Of a stretch of 64,000 bases of DNA, positions 51,159 through 61,641 are shown piece by piece. Below the pieces are notes generated by a model that searched no databases, was not told where the DNA came from, and saw only the letters and a program-made list of their open reading frames with translations. The stretch is from an uncultured Actinomycetes bacterium. Its GTDB lineage: Bacteria > Actinomycetota > Thermoleophilia > Gaiellales > JAICJC01. The translations under genes were made by a program, and so were the position numbers. Location of the stretch: assembly GCA_963695025.1 (NCBI GenBank), contig CAVOFQ010000003.1, positions 1,437,538-1,501,537 on the forward strand, given 5' to 3'. Every line of letters starts with the position of its first letter. Positions within the stretch are counted from its first letter, which is position 1.

Positions 51159-51810
51159 TCACGGGCGCGGCGGAAAGGCGGGGTCGTCCCGGATCGAGTC
51201 GAAGTCGGCGTCGTCCGCCGCCCACCCGGCGGTGCGGGGCTCCCCGGCGACCGCGGTGGCGAGGTGTGCGAGCGCCTCGGCGGGCCGGCCCGCCAGGGCG
51301 TGGTAGCAGGCCAGCTGGTAGTTGATGACCGGATGGTCGGGCCACTCGCGCAGCCCCTGCGACACGATCGCCAACGGCGCCGTCGTAGTCGCCGGAGCGG
51401 TAGGCCGGCTCGGCCGCGAACCAGTACTCGAACGGCGAGGTCGGAAGCGGCGCGGCCGCAGGGGCGCCGATGACCAGCACCGTGGTGTCCGGCTCGCGCG
51501 CGATCGCAGCCCGCTCGGACGCGAGATCGGGCACGAACACCAGTGTCCCCGCCGGCGCGTCGACGGCCTCGCCCGCGACGGTGAACTCGGCCCTGCCGGA
51601 GATCACGAGGTACAGCTCCTCGTGGGCGCCGGCCCCCGCCCCGGTCTCGTTGTGGCGCTCGATCACCTGATCGCCCGCGTTCGCGGCGGTGTAGGCGTTG
51701 ACCCCGAACGCGCGCACGCCCAGGCGGCGCCGGATCGGCATGTAGACGACCCCGGCGGCCTCGATCCGCTCGAGCTCGTCCATGTGCACGACCCGGACGG
51801 CGTCGCTCAC
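51159..51810 (-). CDS. Cupin plus TPR-like protein (indel near 51375)
   Basis: FGVNAY, HEELYLVISG; C-terminal YQLACYHALAG...DADFDSIRDDP. Confidence 0.75.
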
Positions 51811-52064
51811 GCGCCGACCGGCTCGCCCGGCTCGCCGATCCAGGCGATCGTCGCGCCGGGCGGGTACTCGACACCTGCGGTGCCGACGACCTCGAGGAGC
51901 ACGCCGTCGGCCTCGGCCTCGACCTCCTGGGTGACCTTGTCGGTGTCGAGCTCGTACAGCGGGTCGCCGCGGCGGACGGGCTGACCCGGCTCCACGAGGA
52001 AGCGGATCAGCACCGCCGAGACCGCCTCTTCACCGAGCTTCGGAACCTTGACGGCGCTCGCCAT
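51807..52064 (-). CDS. Stand-alone lipoyl-domain protein
   Basis: VPKLGE, GDPLYELDTDKVTQEVEAEADG. Confidence 0.85.
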   Translation of the reverse strand: MASAVKVPKLGEEAVSAVLIRFLVEPGQPVRRGDPLYELDTDKVTQEVEAEADGVLLEVVGTAGVEYPPGATIAWIGEPGEPVGA

Positions 52065-52107
52065 CGCGCGGGCAGCCTAGCGCTTCGCAGCGGGTAAGGT
52101 TTCGGGG

Positions 52108-53184
52108 ATGGCGAAGACCGCCGCAGGCGATGTCTCGGTGCTGGACGACCGCGAACATGCGCTCCGCCTCTTCAGGCAAATGGCCCTGGTGCGCCGCTTC
52201 GAGGAGCGCACCGAGGAGCAGTACACCCGTGCGCGGATCGGCGGCTACTGCCACCTTGCGATCGGCGAGGAGGCCTCCTCGGTGGGCGCGATCGACGCCC
52301 TCGCCGAGGGCGATGCGCTCTACGCCAGCTACCGCGACCACGCCACCGCCCTGGCGGTGGGAAGCCCCGCGGCGGCGGTCATGGCCGAGCTGTTCGGCAA
52401 GGAGACGGGCGCCGCCCACGGCCGCGGCGGCTCGATGCACCTGCTCGACGTCGAGCGCCACTTCTTCGGCGGCTGGGGCATCGTCGGCGCCCACCTGCCG
52501 ATCGCCGCCGGCACCGCGCTGGCGATGGTCTACCGCGACCAGCCCAATGCCGTCCTGTGCCAGTTCGGCGACGGCGCGGTCGCCACCGGCTCGTTCCACG
52601 AGGCGCTCAACCTGTCCGAGCTGTGGGGCCTTCCGATCGTGTTCCAGGTGATCAACAACCAGTACGGCATGGGCACGTCGGTCGAGCAGTCGAACGCCGA
52701 GCCGGAGTTGTGGCGGCGCGCGGCCGCCTACCGCATGCACGGCGAGCGGGTCGACGGCAACGACGTCCTGGCCGTGCGCGAGGCCGCCTCGCGGCTGCTC
52801 GCGCAGGCGCGTGACGAGCGCAAGCCGGCGCTGCTCGAGACGGTCACCTACCGCTTCCGCGGCCACTCGGTCGCCGACGCCGGCAAGGTGTACCGCACCG
52901 CCGAGGAGGTGCGCTCGTGGCGCGAGCGCGACCCGATCACCCGCTACGGCCTGCTGCTGGGCGAGCGCGGCATCGCAACGCCGGCCGACCTCGACTCGGT
53001 CTGGCAGGACGTCGCCGCCGAGGTCAAGGACGCCATCGACCGGGCGTTGGAGGCCTCCTTCCCGCCCCGCGAGAGCCTCTACGACCACCTGTACGGCGAC
53101 GAGAACTGGCACGAGCAGTTCTCGCGCATGTCGGCCGGCGCCCCCTACGGCGAGCGCGGCGAGGAGCAGACATGGCCGACGTGA
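52108..53184 (+). CDS. pdhA: Pyruvate dehydrogenase E1 alpha
   Basis: GYCHLAIGEEA, GRGGSMH, FGDGA...NNQYGMGT, TYRFRGHS. Confidence 0.93.
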   Translation: MAKTAAGDVSVLDDREHALRLFRQMALVRRFEERTEEQYTRARIGGYCHLAIGEEASSVGAIDALAEGDALYASYRDHATALAVGSPAAAVMAELFGKETGAAHGRGGSMHLLDVERHFFGGWGIVGAHLPIAAGTALAMVYRDQPNAVLCQFGDGAVATGSFHEALNLSELWGLPIVFQVINNQYGMGTSVEQSNAEPELWRRAAAYRMHGERVDGNDVLAVREAASRLLAQARDERKPALLETVTYRFRGHSVADAGKVYRTAEEVRSWRERDPITRYGLLLGERGIATPADLDSVWQDVAAEVKDAIDRALEASFPPRESLYDHLYGDENWHEQFSRMSAGAPYGERGEEQTWPT

Positions 53185-54161
53185 CCTACCGCGAGGCGCT
53201 GCGCCAGGCGCTCGATGAGGAGCTCGGCCGCGACCCGGACGTGTTCCTGATGGGCGAGGAGATCGGCCGGTTCGAGGGCTCCTACAAGGTCACGGCCGGC
53301 CTGTGGCAGAAGTACGGCGGCGTGCGCGTGCGCGAGACACCGATCTCGGAGGAGGGGTTCGTCGGCGCGGGCATCGGCGCGGCCATGATGGGCCTGCGGC
53401 CGGTGATCGAGATCATGACGATCAACTTCATCCTGGTGGCGATGGACCAGGTCATCAACCACGCCGCCAAGATCCGGTACATGTTCGGCGGCAAGGTGGG
53501 CGTGCCGCTCGTGATCCGGACGCCGGGCGGCGCCGGCGCCCAGCTGACCGCGCAGCACTCGCAGTCGCTCGAGGCGTGGTTCGCGGGCTGCCCCGGCCTG
53601 AAGGTGGTCGCGCCCGCCACCCCGGCCGACGCCTACGGGATGCTGAAGACGGCCATCCGCGACGACGACCCCGTGCTCTTCTGCGAGAACCTCGTCCTCT
53701 ACAACCTCACCGGCCCGCTGCCCGAGAACGGCGACGGCGCGATCCCGCTCGGCCTGGCCCGGATCGCGCGCGAGGGCGACGATCTGACCCTGGTGGCGCA
53801 CTCCTACACGGTGCAGCGCGCGCTGCGGGTGGCCGACCGGCTGGCGCAGGACGGGATCGGAGTCGAGGTCGTCGACCTGCGCTCGCTGCGGCCGCTCGAC
53901 GTCGACACGGTGGCGGAGTCGGTGCGAAAGACGAACCGTGTGCTGGTGGCCGAGGAGGGCTGGTCGACCTACGGCGTCGGCGCCGAGCTCGCAGCGCGGC
54001 TGCAGCGGGTGTGCTTCGACGACCTGGACGCGCCGGTCGAGCGGGTCGGCCAGGCCGAGGTGCCGATGCCGTACTCCAAGCCGCTCGAGCTGGCCGCGCT
54101 GCCACTCGAGTCCAAGATCGAGGCGGCGGCGCGCTCGCTCCTGCGCGAGTGCGGGCTGTAG
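53172..54161 (+). CDS. pdhB: Pyruvate dehydrogenase E1 beta
   Basis: GEEIG, ETPISE, AQHSQ, DLRSLRPLD. Confidence 0.93.
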   Translation: MADVTYREALRQALDEELGRDPDVFLMGEEIGRFEGSYKVTAGLWQKYGGVRVRETPISEEGFVGAGIGAAMMGLRPVIEIMTINFILVAMDQVINHAAKIRYMFGGKVGVPLVIRTPGGAGAQLTAQHSQSLEAWFAGCPGLKVVAPATPADAYGMLKTAIRDDDPVLFCENLVLYNLTGPLPENGDGAIPLGLARIAREGDDLTLVAHSYTVQRALRVADRLAQDGIGVEVVDLRSLRPLDVDTVAESVRKTNRVLVAEEGWSTYGVGAELAARLQRVCFDDLDAPVERVGQAEVPMPYSKPLELAALPLESKIEAAARSLLRECGL

Positions 54162-54171
54162 GGTTTCGGCG

Positions 54172-55430
54172 ATGTCGGAAGAGCTCACCATGCCGCGGCT
54201 GTCGGACACGATGGAAGAGGGCACCATCGGCCGCTGGCTGAAGCAGGAGGGCGAGAGCTTCCACGAGGGCGACGTCATCGCCGAGATCGAGACCGACAAG
54301 GCGACGATGGACTTCCAGGCCTACGACGACGGAACGCTGCTGAAGATTCTGGTCGCAGACGGCGAGTCGGCCCCCCTCGGCGCCCCGATCGCCATCGTCG
54401 GCGCAGAGGGCGAGGCCGTTCCCGCCGCCGAGGCGGCGCCGGCGGCCGCCCAGCCGGCGAGCGAGGGCGGCAACGGCGCGACCGCAGCGTCTGCCGTCGC
54501 CGACGCGCCGCCCGTGTCCGGCGGCACCCGCGGCGGGCGACGGCGAAGGCCTGCGGGCGAGCCCGATCGCCCGCCGGATGGCCGATGCGGCCGGCCTCGA
54601 CCTGCGGACGCTGGCAGGCACGGGCACCGGCCCGGACGGGCGCATCGTCAAGGCCGACGTCGAGCGGGCGCTGCAATCGGCCACGCCCGCCGCGGCGCCC
54701 ACCCCAGCCACGCCGGCGCCGCCGCCGGCGGCGATCGCCGCCGAGGACGAGGTGCGCGAGCTGACGCCGATGCTGAAGGCGGTCGCAAAGCGCATGGGCG
54801 AGTCGAAGTCGACCGTCCCCCACTTCTACGTCACGTCCGAGATCGATATGACGCGCGCGTTCGAGCTGCGGGCCGAGCTGAACGCGGCACTCGCGGATGC
54901 CGGCGAGAAGGTGAGCGTGAACGACCTCATCGTCCGCGCCTGCGCCCAGTCGCTCATGCAGCATCCGCAGGCGCACCGCTCCTACGTCGACGGCCGTCAC
55001 GTCTACCACGCTCATGTCCACGTCGGCATCGCGGTCGCCCTCGACGACGGCCTGATCGTGCCCGTCCTGCGCGACGCAGACACGAAGGGCGTGCGCCAGA
55101 TCGCCGCTGAGGCGCGCGACCTCGTCGGCCGCGCCCGGGAGGGGAAGCTGCGCCAGACCGAGATCGAGGGCGGCACGTTCACCGTCTCGAACATGGGCAT
55201 GTTCGATGTGGCCGCGTTCTCGGCCATCATCAACCCGCCGGAGTCGACGATTCTGGCGGTCTCGAGCACCATCGAGCGGGCGGTGTTCCGCGACGGTGGC
55301 GTTCGTCCCGCGCAAGATCATGTCGGTGACGCTCTCCTGCGACCACCGCGCCTGCTCCGGAGCCGACGGCGCCAGGCTGCTGCAGACGATCAAGCGGCAT
55401 CTCGAGGCGCCGACCCTCCTGCTGGCATGA
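54172..55430 (+). CDS. pdhC: Dihydrolipoamide acetyltransferase E2 (indels near 54520 and 55295)
   Basis: MPRLSDTMEEG, ETDKA, GTGPDGRI, GGTFTVSN, IINPP, LSCDHR. Confidence 0.92.
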
Positions 55431-55458
55431 GCCCGCCGCCACCCGTACACTCGATCTG

Positions 55459-55921
55459 ATGCAGCTCACCGACGTGATGGCAACCCACGTGGTGTCGGTG
55501 TCGCCCGACACGAAGCTCGGCGACGCCGCCCGGCTCATGGTCGAGACCGACGTGGGCGCGGCCATCGTCCTCGACGAGGCCGGCGACCTTGCCGGCGTGA
55601 TCACCGAGCGCGACCTGATGCGCTGCTGTGAGCGACGGCACCGACCCGGCGACCCCGGTCGATCAGCGCATGACCACCCACGTTCTGACCGCATCGCCCG
55701 ACACGAACATCCCCGAGGCGATGGCGCTGATGGTCGACGGGCACTTCCGCCACCTGCCGGTGGTCAACGAGGGCGGCCACGTGATCGGCATCGTCTCGAT
55801 GCGCGACCTGATGGCCTACACGTCGCTGCGCCTGCGCGGCGGAAACCTCGGCGGCGACGATGACCTCGACCCCGCCGAGGTGATCGCGACGATCTTCCGC
55901 ATGCGCACCGGCGCGGCCTGA
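55459..55921 (+). CDS. CBS-domain pair protein (indel near 55628)
   Basis: GVITERDL; FRHLPVV..GIVSMRDL. Confidence 0.85.
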
Positions 55922-55936
55922 GGCGCCGTCGATACC

Positions 55937-57133
55937 TCAGATCTGCCAGGCGCCGTCGCGCAGCACGGGCACACGCTCGCCCGAGGCCGTGACGCCGGTG
56001 ACATCGACCTCGGGAGAGCCGATCATGAAGTCGATGTGGATCTCGCTGCTGTTGATGCGCTCACGGTCGGCCTCCTCGACGGCCCATTCGAACCCCTGGC
56101 CGAGGGCGATATGGCTGGCCGCGTTCTCGTCGATCAGCGTGTCGTAGAAGACGGTGTCGAGCGGCCCCACGCGGCCGGAGCCGTCGACCAGCGCGAGCTC
56201 GCCGAGACGGGCGGCGCCCGCGTCGCGGTCGACGTATGCCTGCAGCACCTCGGCGTTGGCCGCCGCCGAGATCGCAACCGCCCGTCCGCTCTTGAAACGC
56301 ACCTCGAAGTCGCGGACGATGATGCCGTCGAGCTCGCGCGGCCGGGTCGAACGCACGACGCCCTCGACGCGCTCGGGATCCGGCGACGTGAACACCTCTT
56401 CGGTCGGCAGATTGGGCTGGTGGTCGAGGCCCCACGACGTGGTCAGGCCACCACCGTGCCAGATCGATCCCGGCAGCAGCCCGACGGTCAGGTCGGTGCC
56501 CGGCCCCTCGAGGTGCATGGCGTCGAACCGGCGCTCGTTGAGCGCCGCGCTCGCTGCATGCAGCTGGTCGATCCGCTCCTGCCACGCCGCCACCGGGTCG
56601 TCGTCGTCCAGGCGGCAGACCCGCGCCATCTCCTGCCACAGCCGGTCGAGCGCCTCGGCCGCATCGAGGTCGGAGTGGACGAGGTTCGCCCAGCCCGCGG
56701 TCGGGCAGGGCACGATCGTCCAGTTGTTGCTGGCAGCGTTCAGGTTCTCGACCGACTCCTTGCGCCCCGGTGGGCGGTCACGGCCGATGCGGGCGGGATC
56801 GATCCCCTCCAGCAGGCCCGGCGCGGTCGGTCCGCTGAGCGCGATCGTCGCTCCGTGGTGGATGCCGTGCTGGCGCACCATCTCGACGACCCACTCCGGC
56901 TCGTAGCCCAGCGCGTCCTCGACGCCGTACCGGAGCCGCGCCCGCTGCACGTACGGATCGCGGTAGACGACGTTCACGTACACCGCTCCGGCCTTGTAGG
57001 CGCGCTCGACGACCGCGCGCGTCAGCTCCTCCTGGCCGAGCGAGGCCACCACATGCACCCGCTGCCCCGGCTGAACGTTGGCCCCGAACCCGACCGCCAG
57101 CTCGGCCATCCTGTCCAGCGTGGCGGAATCCAC
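55937..57133 (-). CDS. Aminopeptidase, M29 (AmpS/PepS) family
   Basis: GANVQPGQ, NLPTEEVFT, LGELALV, DENAASHIALG, HIDFMIG. Confidence 0.93.
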   Translation of the reverse strand: MDSATLDRMAELAVGFGANVQPGQRVHVVASLGQEELTRAVVERAYKAGAVYVNVVYRDPYVQRARLRYGVEDALGYEPEWVVEMVRQHGIHHGATIALSGPTAPGLLEGIDPARIGRDRPPGRKESVENLNAASNNWTIVPCPTAGWANLVHSDLDAAEALDRLWQEMARVCRLDDDDPVAAWQERIDQLHAASAALNERRFDAMHLEGPGTDLTVGLLPGSIWHGGGLTTSWGLDHQPNLPTEEVFTSPDPERVEGVVRSTRPRELDGIIVRDFEVRFKSGRAVAISAAANAEVLQAYVDRDAGAARLGELALVDGSGRVGPLDTVFYDTLIDENAASHIALGQGFEWAVEEADRERINSSEIHIDFMIGSPEVDVTGVTASGERVPVLRDGAWQI

Positions 57134-57170
57134 GGCGGCAATATACCCACCGCTGCGATACTCCCACCCC

Positions 57171-57734
57171 ATGCCCACGCACACGCTCGCCCGCGGGTCC
57201 GCGCTCGCCGGCCTGGCCGCGGCCTCCGCGACCGTCGCGCACGGTGGTACGGCGGCTCTCTTCGATCCCGACTGGTCACTCCCCGCCCTGGTCGCCGCGG
57301 CCGCGGGAACGGCCGCGCTCCTGCGGCTCACGGCGTCGGCCCGCCGCGCCCGCGTCGCGGCCGCGCGTGTACGCGCGGGCGCTGCGACGCTCCCCGCTCA
57401 CACGCCGCTCGGCCTCGCCGAGACGATCGCGATCATGCTCGCCGGCCAGGGCTGTGCGCATCTGGCGCTGCTCGCCGCCGGCGCGAGCGCCCATCCGGGC
57501 CAGTTCGGCGCCGTTGCATTGCACGTTGCCCTGGGAATCCTGGGGGCGGTTGCGGTGTGGGCGGCCGACCGCACGCTTTCGCGCTCGCTCGGCGAGCTCG
57601 ACACGGCAGTCGCCGCAGCCCGCGAGCTCTTGCTCGCCGTGCTCGCCGTGGCGTATCGCCCGCCGGCCGGAGCGCCGGCCGGACATCTGCCCCTCGCCGG
57701 CCGCCACGGCCGCGCACCGCCCGCCCCCGCCTGA
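57171..57734 (+). CDS. His-containing membrane protein ending in a RAPP motif (candidate arrest leader)
   Basis: About four TM helices with VAHGG, QGCAH, ALHV; C-terminus GRAPPAPA; directly upstream of copC-copD. Confidence 0.7.
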   Translation: MPTHTLARGSALAGLAAASATVAHGGTAALFDPDWSLPALVAAAAGTAALLRLTASARRARVAAARVRAGAATLPAHTPLGLAETIAIMLAGQGCAHLALLAAGASAHPGQFGAVALHVALGILGAVAVWAADRTLSRSLGELDTAVAAARELLLAVLAVAYRPPAGAPAGHLPLAGRHGRAPPAPA

Positions 57735-57790
57735 CCCGACCGCTCCGGCGGTTCCTGCGCCGGTCTCAGATCAGGAGGTTTGTGCTCGAC

Positions 57791-60221
57791 ATGCGCGTGC
57801 GCGCGCTCGCGATCTTGGTGCTGCTCGTGCCCGCCGCGTTCCCGGCGGCGGCGCAGGCGCATGCCACCCTGCTGCGCACCGATCCGGCCGCCGGAACCGA
57901 GGTTGCGCATGCGCCGGCCCGGATCGTCCTGCACTTCGACCAGCAGGTCGCCGACGCCGGCACCACCGCCGTTTCGAACACGGGGGCCTCGGTGCTGTCC
58001 GGCGCGCGCACATCCCTCGCCGGGTGATTCGACGGCGCTGATCGTCCCCCTGAAACCGCGGCTCAAGGACGGCGACTACACCGTCCGCTGGAAGGTCGTC
58101 TCGGCCGACGGCCACATCGTTTCCGGCGTGATGGCGATCGGCGTCGGCCTCAACCGCCCTCCGCCCCAGGCGGCGTCGACCGAGACGTCGGCGCTCGACT
58201 GGCCCTTCCTGATCGCGCGCTTCGTGTACTACTGCGGCCTGATGCTGCTGGTCGGCGGGGCGGTGTTCCGGGTGTGGGTCTTCCGGCCCGTGATGGCCAC
58301 GCTGGCGGGGCGGCCGCGTGAGATGGCCGAGCTGCGCGAGCGGGCGCGGGCCAACTCGGTGCTGCTCGCGTCCGCGGCGCTGATGCTGGCCGGTGGCTGG
58401 GTGGCCTTGACGCGTGAGGGCGCCGAGGTCGCGGGCGTCTCGTTCTGGCAGGCGTTCAACCACCGCGGCCCGATCGGATCCGCGCTGCAGGCGACCCGCT
58501 TTGGCCGCGAGTTCGGCCGCGGCATCGACCTCGGCGCCGCGTTCTGCGTCGTGACCGCGGCCGCCTTTGCCGTGTCGCGCCGCAGCCGCATCGCGGCGGT
58601 CGTGCTCGCCGTGCCGGCAGCGCTGCTGGGCGCGTGGGCCGTGATCGTGCCCGGCCTGTCGGGCCACGCCGGCGACCCTGGCCTCGGCTTGCCGGCCGTG
58701 GTCGTGGATGCGGTGCACACGGGGGCCGCGGCGGTGTGGATCGGTGGCCTCTTTCAGCTCGTCGTGGTGACGCCGCACGCCACCCGCGGCCTTCCCGACG
58801 CCGACCGGGCGCGCGTGCGTGCGACGGTGGCGGGGCGGTTCTCCCGCATCGCCCTCGGCAGCATCGTGGTGCTCGCCGCGACCGGCACCGGACGCGCGCT
58901 GTGGGCGGTGTCGTCGCCTGCGGAATTGTGGCAGACGGGATACGGCCGCGCCCTGCTGGTGAAGACCGCGCTCCTGGCCTGCCTCGTCGTCCTGGGATAC
59001 CGCAACCGCCGCAACCTGACCGCCTTCGGCTCGATCCGCCGCCGCGGGATGATCGAGATCGGCCTGCTCGGAGCGTTGCTGGCCGTCGTCTCGCTCCTGA
59101 CCGACCTGCCGCCCGCCAACACACCGGGGTTCGCCACGGCCGCCCCGCAACAGGTGCCCGCCGGAGGCCCCGTCAGCCTGCCGCTTGGAAGGACGGGGCG
59201 GTTCGCGCTCTGGCCGGGCTACGCCGGCCGCAACGTGATCGACCTGCGACTCCCGGGGCACGCCCGCACGGCGAGTGTCGTCACCGGAAGCGGAGGCGCC
59301 CGAACGACGCTTCGGCGGGCGCCGGACGGTACCTATGCGGGCATCCTGCCCGCACTCCCGGCCGGTCGTGTCGCCTTCGTGATCGCCGCCGGGAGCGGCC
59401 GGTTCGGGGCGACGGCGACACTGGGCGCACATAGCAGCGCGATTCCGGTGCCCGCCGCGCCGGCGGTGACGGGCGCGGTCGCGGCCGGCGAGGCCGCCGA
59501 CCTCGCCGTGGGAGCCCAGCGGGTCGGCCTCCACGGCGTGCGGCTGACACTGCTTTCGCCGACGGGCGGTGCGACGGCCGACGCGCTCGCGCTCGTCGAC
59601 GGGCATGTGGCGACGCCATGCGCCGGCGTGCGCGGCGTCTGCTATCAGGCGCCCGTCACCGCCAGGGCGGCGACGGTGGTCGTGTCCGTGCGCCGGCCCG
59701 GCCGGGCCGCCGTGACCGCCCACCTGCAACTGCCGGCCGCGAACGCCCCATCGGCGACCGGGCTCGTGACCGTCGCGAGCCGCAACTTCGCCGCTCTCCG
59801 CAGCCTGCGGGCGGTCAACGTGCTGAAATCGGCTCCGGGCCGGTCGGTGACGACCCACTACACCACGCAGGCCCCGAATCGGCTGGCGATCACCGTGCTC
59901 GGAGGCGAGCACGCGCGCATCATCGGCTCGACGCGCTGGGACCTGCAGGCCGACGGCACCTGGAAGCGCTCGGTGACGTTCCCCGTGCACCAGCCCGACC
60001 CGTACTGGGCGCCGACCTCACAGGCCGCATACATCGCGGGCCATGGCCACGGCATGATCGAGGTGACGCTCGTGCAGCCGGGCGGGCCAACGTTCTTCCG
60101 GCTCTGGATCGACCGGCGATCGCACCAGGTGGTGCATCTGGAGATGATCACCAACGCCCACTTCATGACCGAGCGCGAGCTTGACCTCAACCATGCTCCG
60201 CCGGTCGTGCCGCCCACGTAG
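57791..60221 (+). CDS. CopC-CopD copper uptake fusion with large extracellular C-terminus (indel near 58020)
   Basis: SD AGGAGG; AQA-HATLLRTDP, WKVVSADGHIVSG, SGHA, DAVH..AAAVWIGGL, YGRALLVK. Confidence 0.88.
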
Positions 60222-60241
60222 AAACAGTACGATCCCGCGCG

Positions 60242-60568
60242 ATGCCGGCTTTCGTGGACCAGTGGGACGCCATCGTGACGGCGCAGCCGCCGGACTGGTC
60301 GTCGCTCTTCCTCGAGCTGCGGCTGCGCGACGCGGTCCAGTCCGAGGAGTGCGCCCTGGTGATGTCGCCGCTCAACCCGTGGCACGAGGAGGACTGGCGC
60401 AGCGGCGTCTTCCACTTCCGCGCGGCCCGCACGTTCGGCTACGGCGCGGCGGCCCAGCTCGTGAGGAAGCGACTGGAGACACTCGACAGCGTGGGTATCA
60501 TCGGCGCGCTGAAGCTGGAACGGCGGCTCTCGGACGTCCGCCCGGTCGCCACCCAGGGCGTCGTCTGA
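60242..60568 (+). CDS. Hypothetical protein
   Basis: TACGAT -10 then a leaderless ATG; typical codon bias. Confidence 0.65.
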   Translation: MPAFVDQWDAIVTAQPPDWSSLFLELRLRDAVQSEECALVMSPLNPWHEEDWRSGVFHFRAARTFGYGAAAQLVRKRLETLDSVGIIGALKLERRLSDVRPVATQGVV

Positions 60569-60611
60569 CCGAGGCGACCGATTCGCCCCGGAACGGTAAC
60601 GCCGTTCGTGA

Positions 60612-60785
60612 CGGTGCCAGGCACCGCCCTCTCGGCCGGCACACGGTTGACACCTTGGCGTGACGCGGTGCTGGGCGCGAACGGCTCCGGAAGAACGATC
60701 GGCGAAATACGCTGTCTGAGATCGCCGAGACCGGTGCCAGGCACGGACATGCCGGCCGCGACTGCGCTGTCACGCTGGCGTGACG
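60612..60785. repeat. Two 54-bp imperfect direct repeats with a GGTGCCAGGCAC palindromic head
   Basis: 60612-60665 and 60732-60785 (120-bp period) share CGGTGCCAGGCAC, CGGCCG and TGGCGTGACG. Confidence 0.65.
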
Positions 60786-60792
60786 TTGACCG

Positions 60793-61641
60793 CTACTTCG
60801 GCCCGTCGGCGATGAACTCGGCCTCGAGGCCGGCCGCCCGGAACCACTCGACCATCGCCAGCTGCGGCGGCTTCTCGGTGCCGTAGTGGGTGCCGTCGAT
60901 GACGGCCACGCCGGCCTCGTCGGCCAGCGCGAGAAACTCCGCCGCCCAGCGGGTGAAGACCCCGCCCGTCACGAACGTCTGGCAGCCACGCTCGAGCGAC
61001 GCCTGGAGGGCGTCACGATCGGCGCCGCCGCCTCCGACCACGGCGACCCGGCCGGCGCTGTCGCCGTCGCGCCGCCGCCGCACCACCTGCACGGGTACCT
61101 CGGCGCCGAGTTCGGCCTGGAGCCGGGCGGCCAGCTCGTCGAGGGAGGCGTCGCTGGCCCCGATCACCGCCGCGCCGCCGGGGATGCCCTCGGCGATGGG
61201 GAGATACTCCTCCTCCACCGAGACCCCCATGGCCGCAGCACACAGCCGCGATGGGGACACCTCCGGGTGGTGGTCGATCGGCGCGTGGACGTGGTAGAAG
61301 CCGATCCCGCCGGCCCGCATGCGCTCGAACGTCTCCCGCGCGAGCGGCAGGAAACCGGCCTCGTCGCCGTAGTCGATCGGATGCTCGGAGAAGAGGAACG
61401 TGCCCGGCGCAAGCAGGCCGACGACGCGATCCGAGGGAAACACGCACGTCGCCACGCTCGTCACATCCTCGCCTCCGCGCACCAGCAGGCCGTTCCAGCG
61501 CCCCTCGTAACCGGGTTCGGCGAACTCGCGCCAGTACGGATCGGGATAGACCAGGTCGAACAGGTCGCTCCAGTCGTCACCGCGGACTTCGCGGGTCCCG
61601 AAGTAGGCGTCGAGCAGCTCGACCAGGCGCTCGCTCCTCAT
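60793..61641 (-). CDS. Nif3-like dinuclear metal centre protein
   Basis: NGLLV, EHP, HAPIDHH, GGGG, DGTHYGTE. Confidence 0.85.
   Translation of the reverse strand: MRSERLVELLDAYFGTREVRGDDWSDLFDLVYPDPYWREFAEPGYEGRWNGLLVRGGEDVTSVATCVFPSDRVVGLLAPGTFLFSEHPIDYGDEAGFLPLARETFERMRAGGIGFYHVHAPIDHHPEVSPSRLCAAAMGVSVEEEYLPIAEGIPGGAAVIGASDASLDELAARLQAELGAEVPVQVVRRRRDGDSAGRVAVVGGGGADRDALQASLERGCQTFVTGGVFTRWAAEFLALADEAGVAVIDGTHYGTEKPPQLAMVEWFRAAGLEAEFIADGPK

Noticed and set aside
60612-60785. CRISPR array
   Set aside because: Only two degenerate 54-bp units and no cas genes
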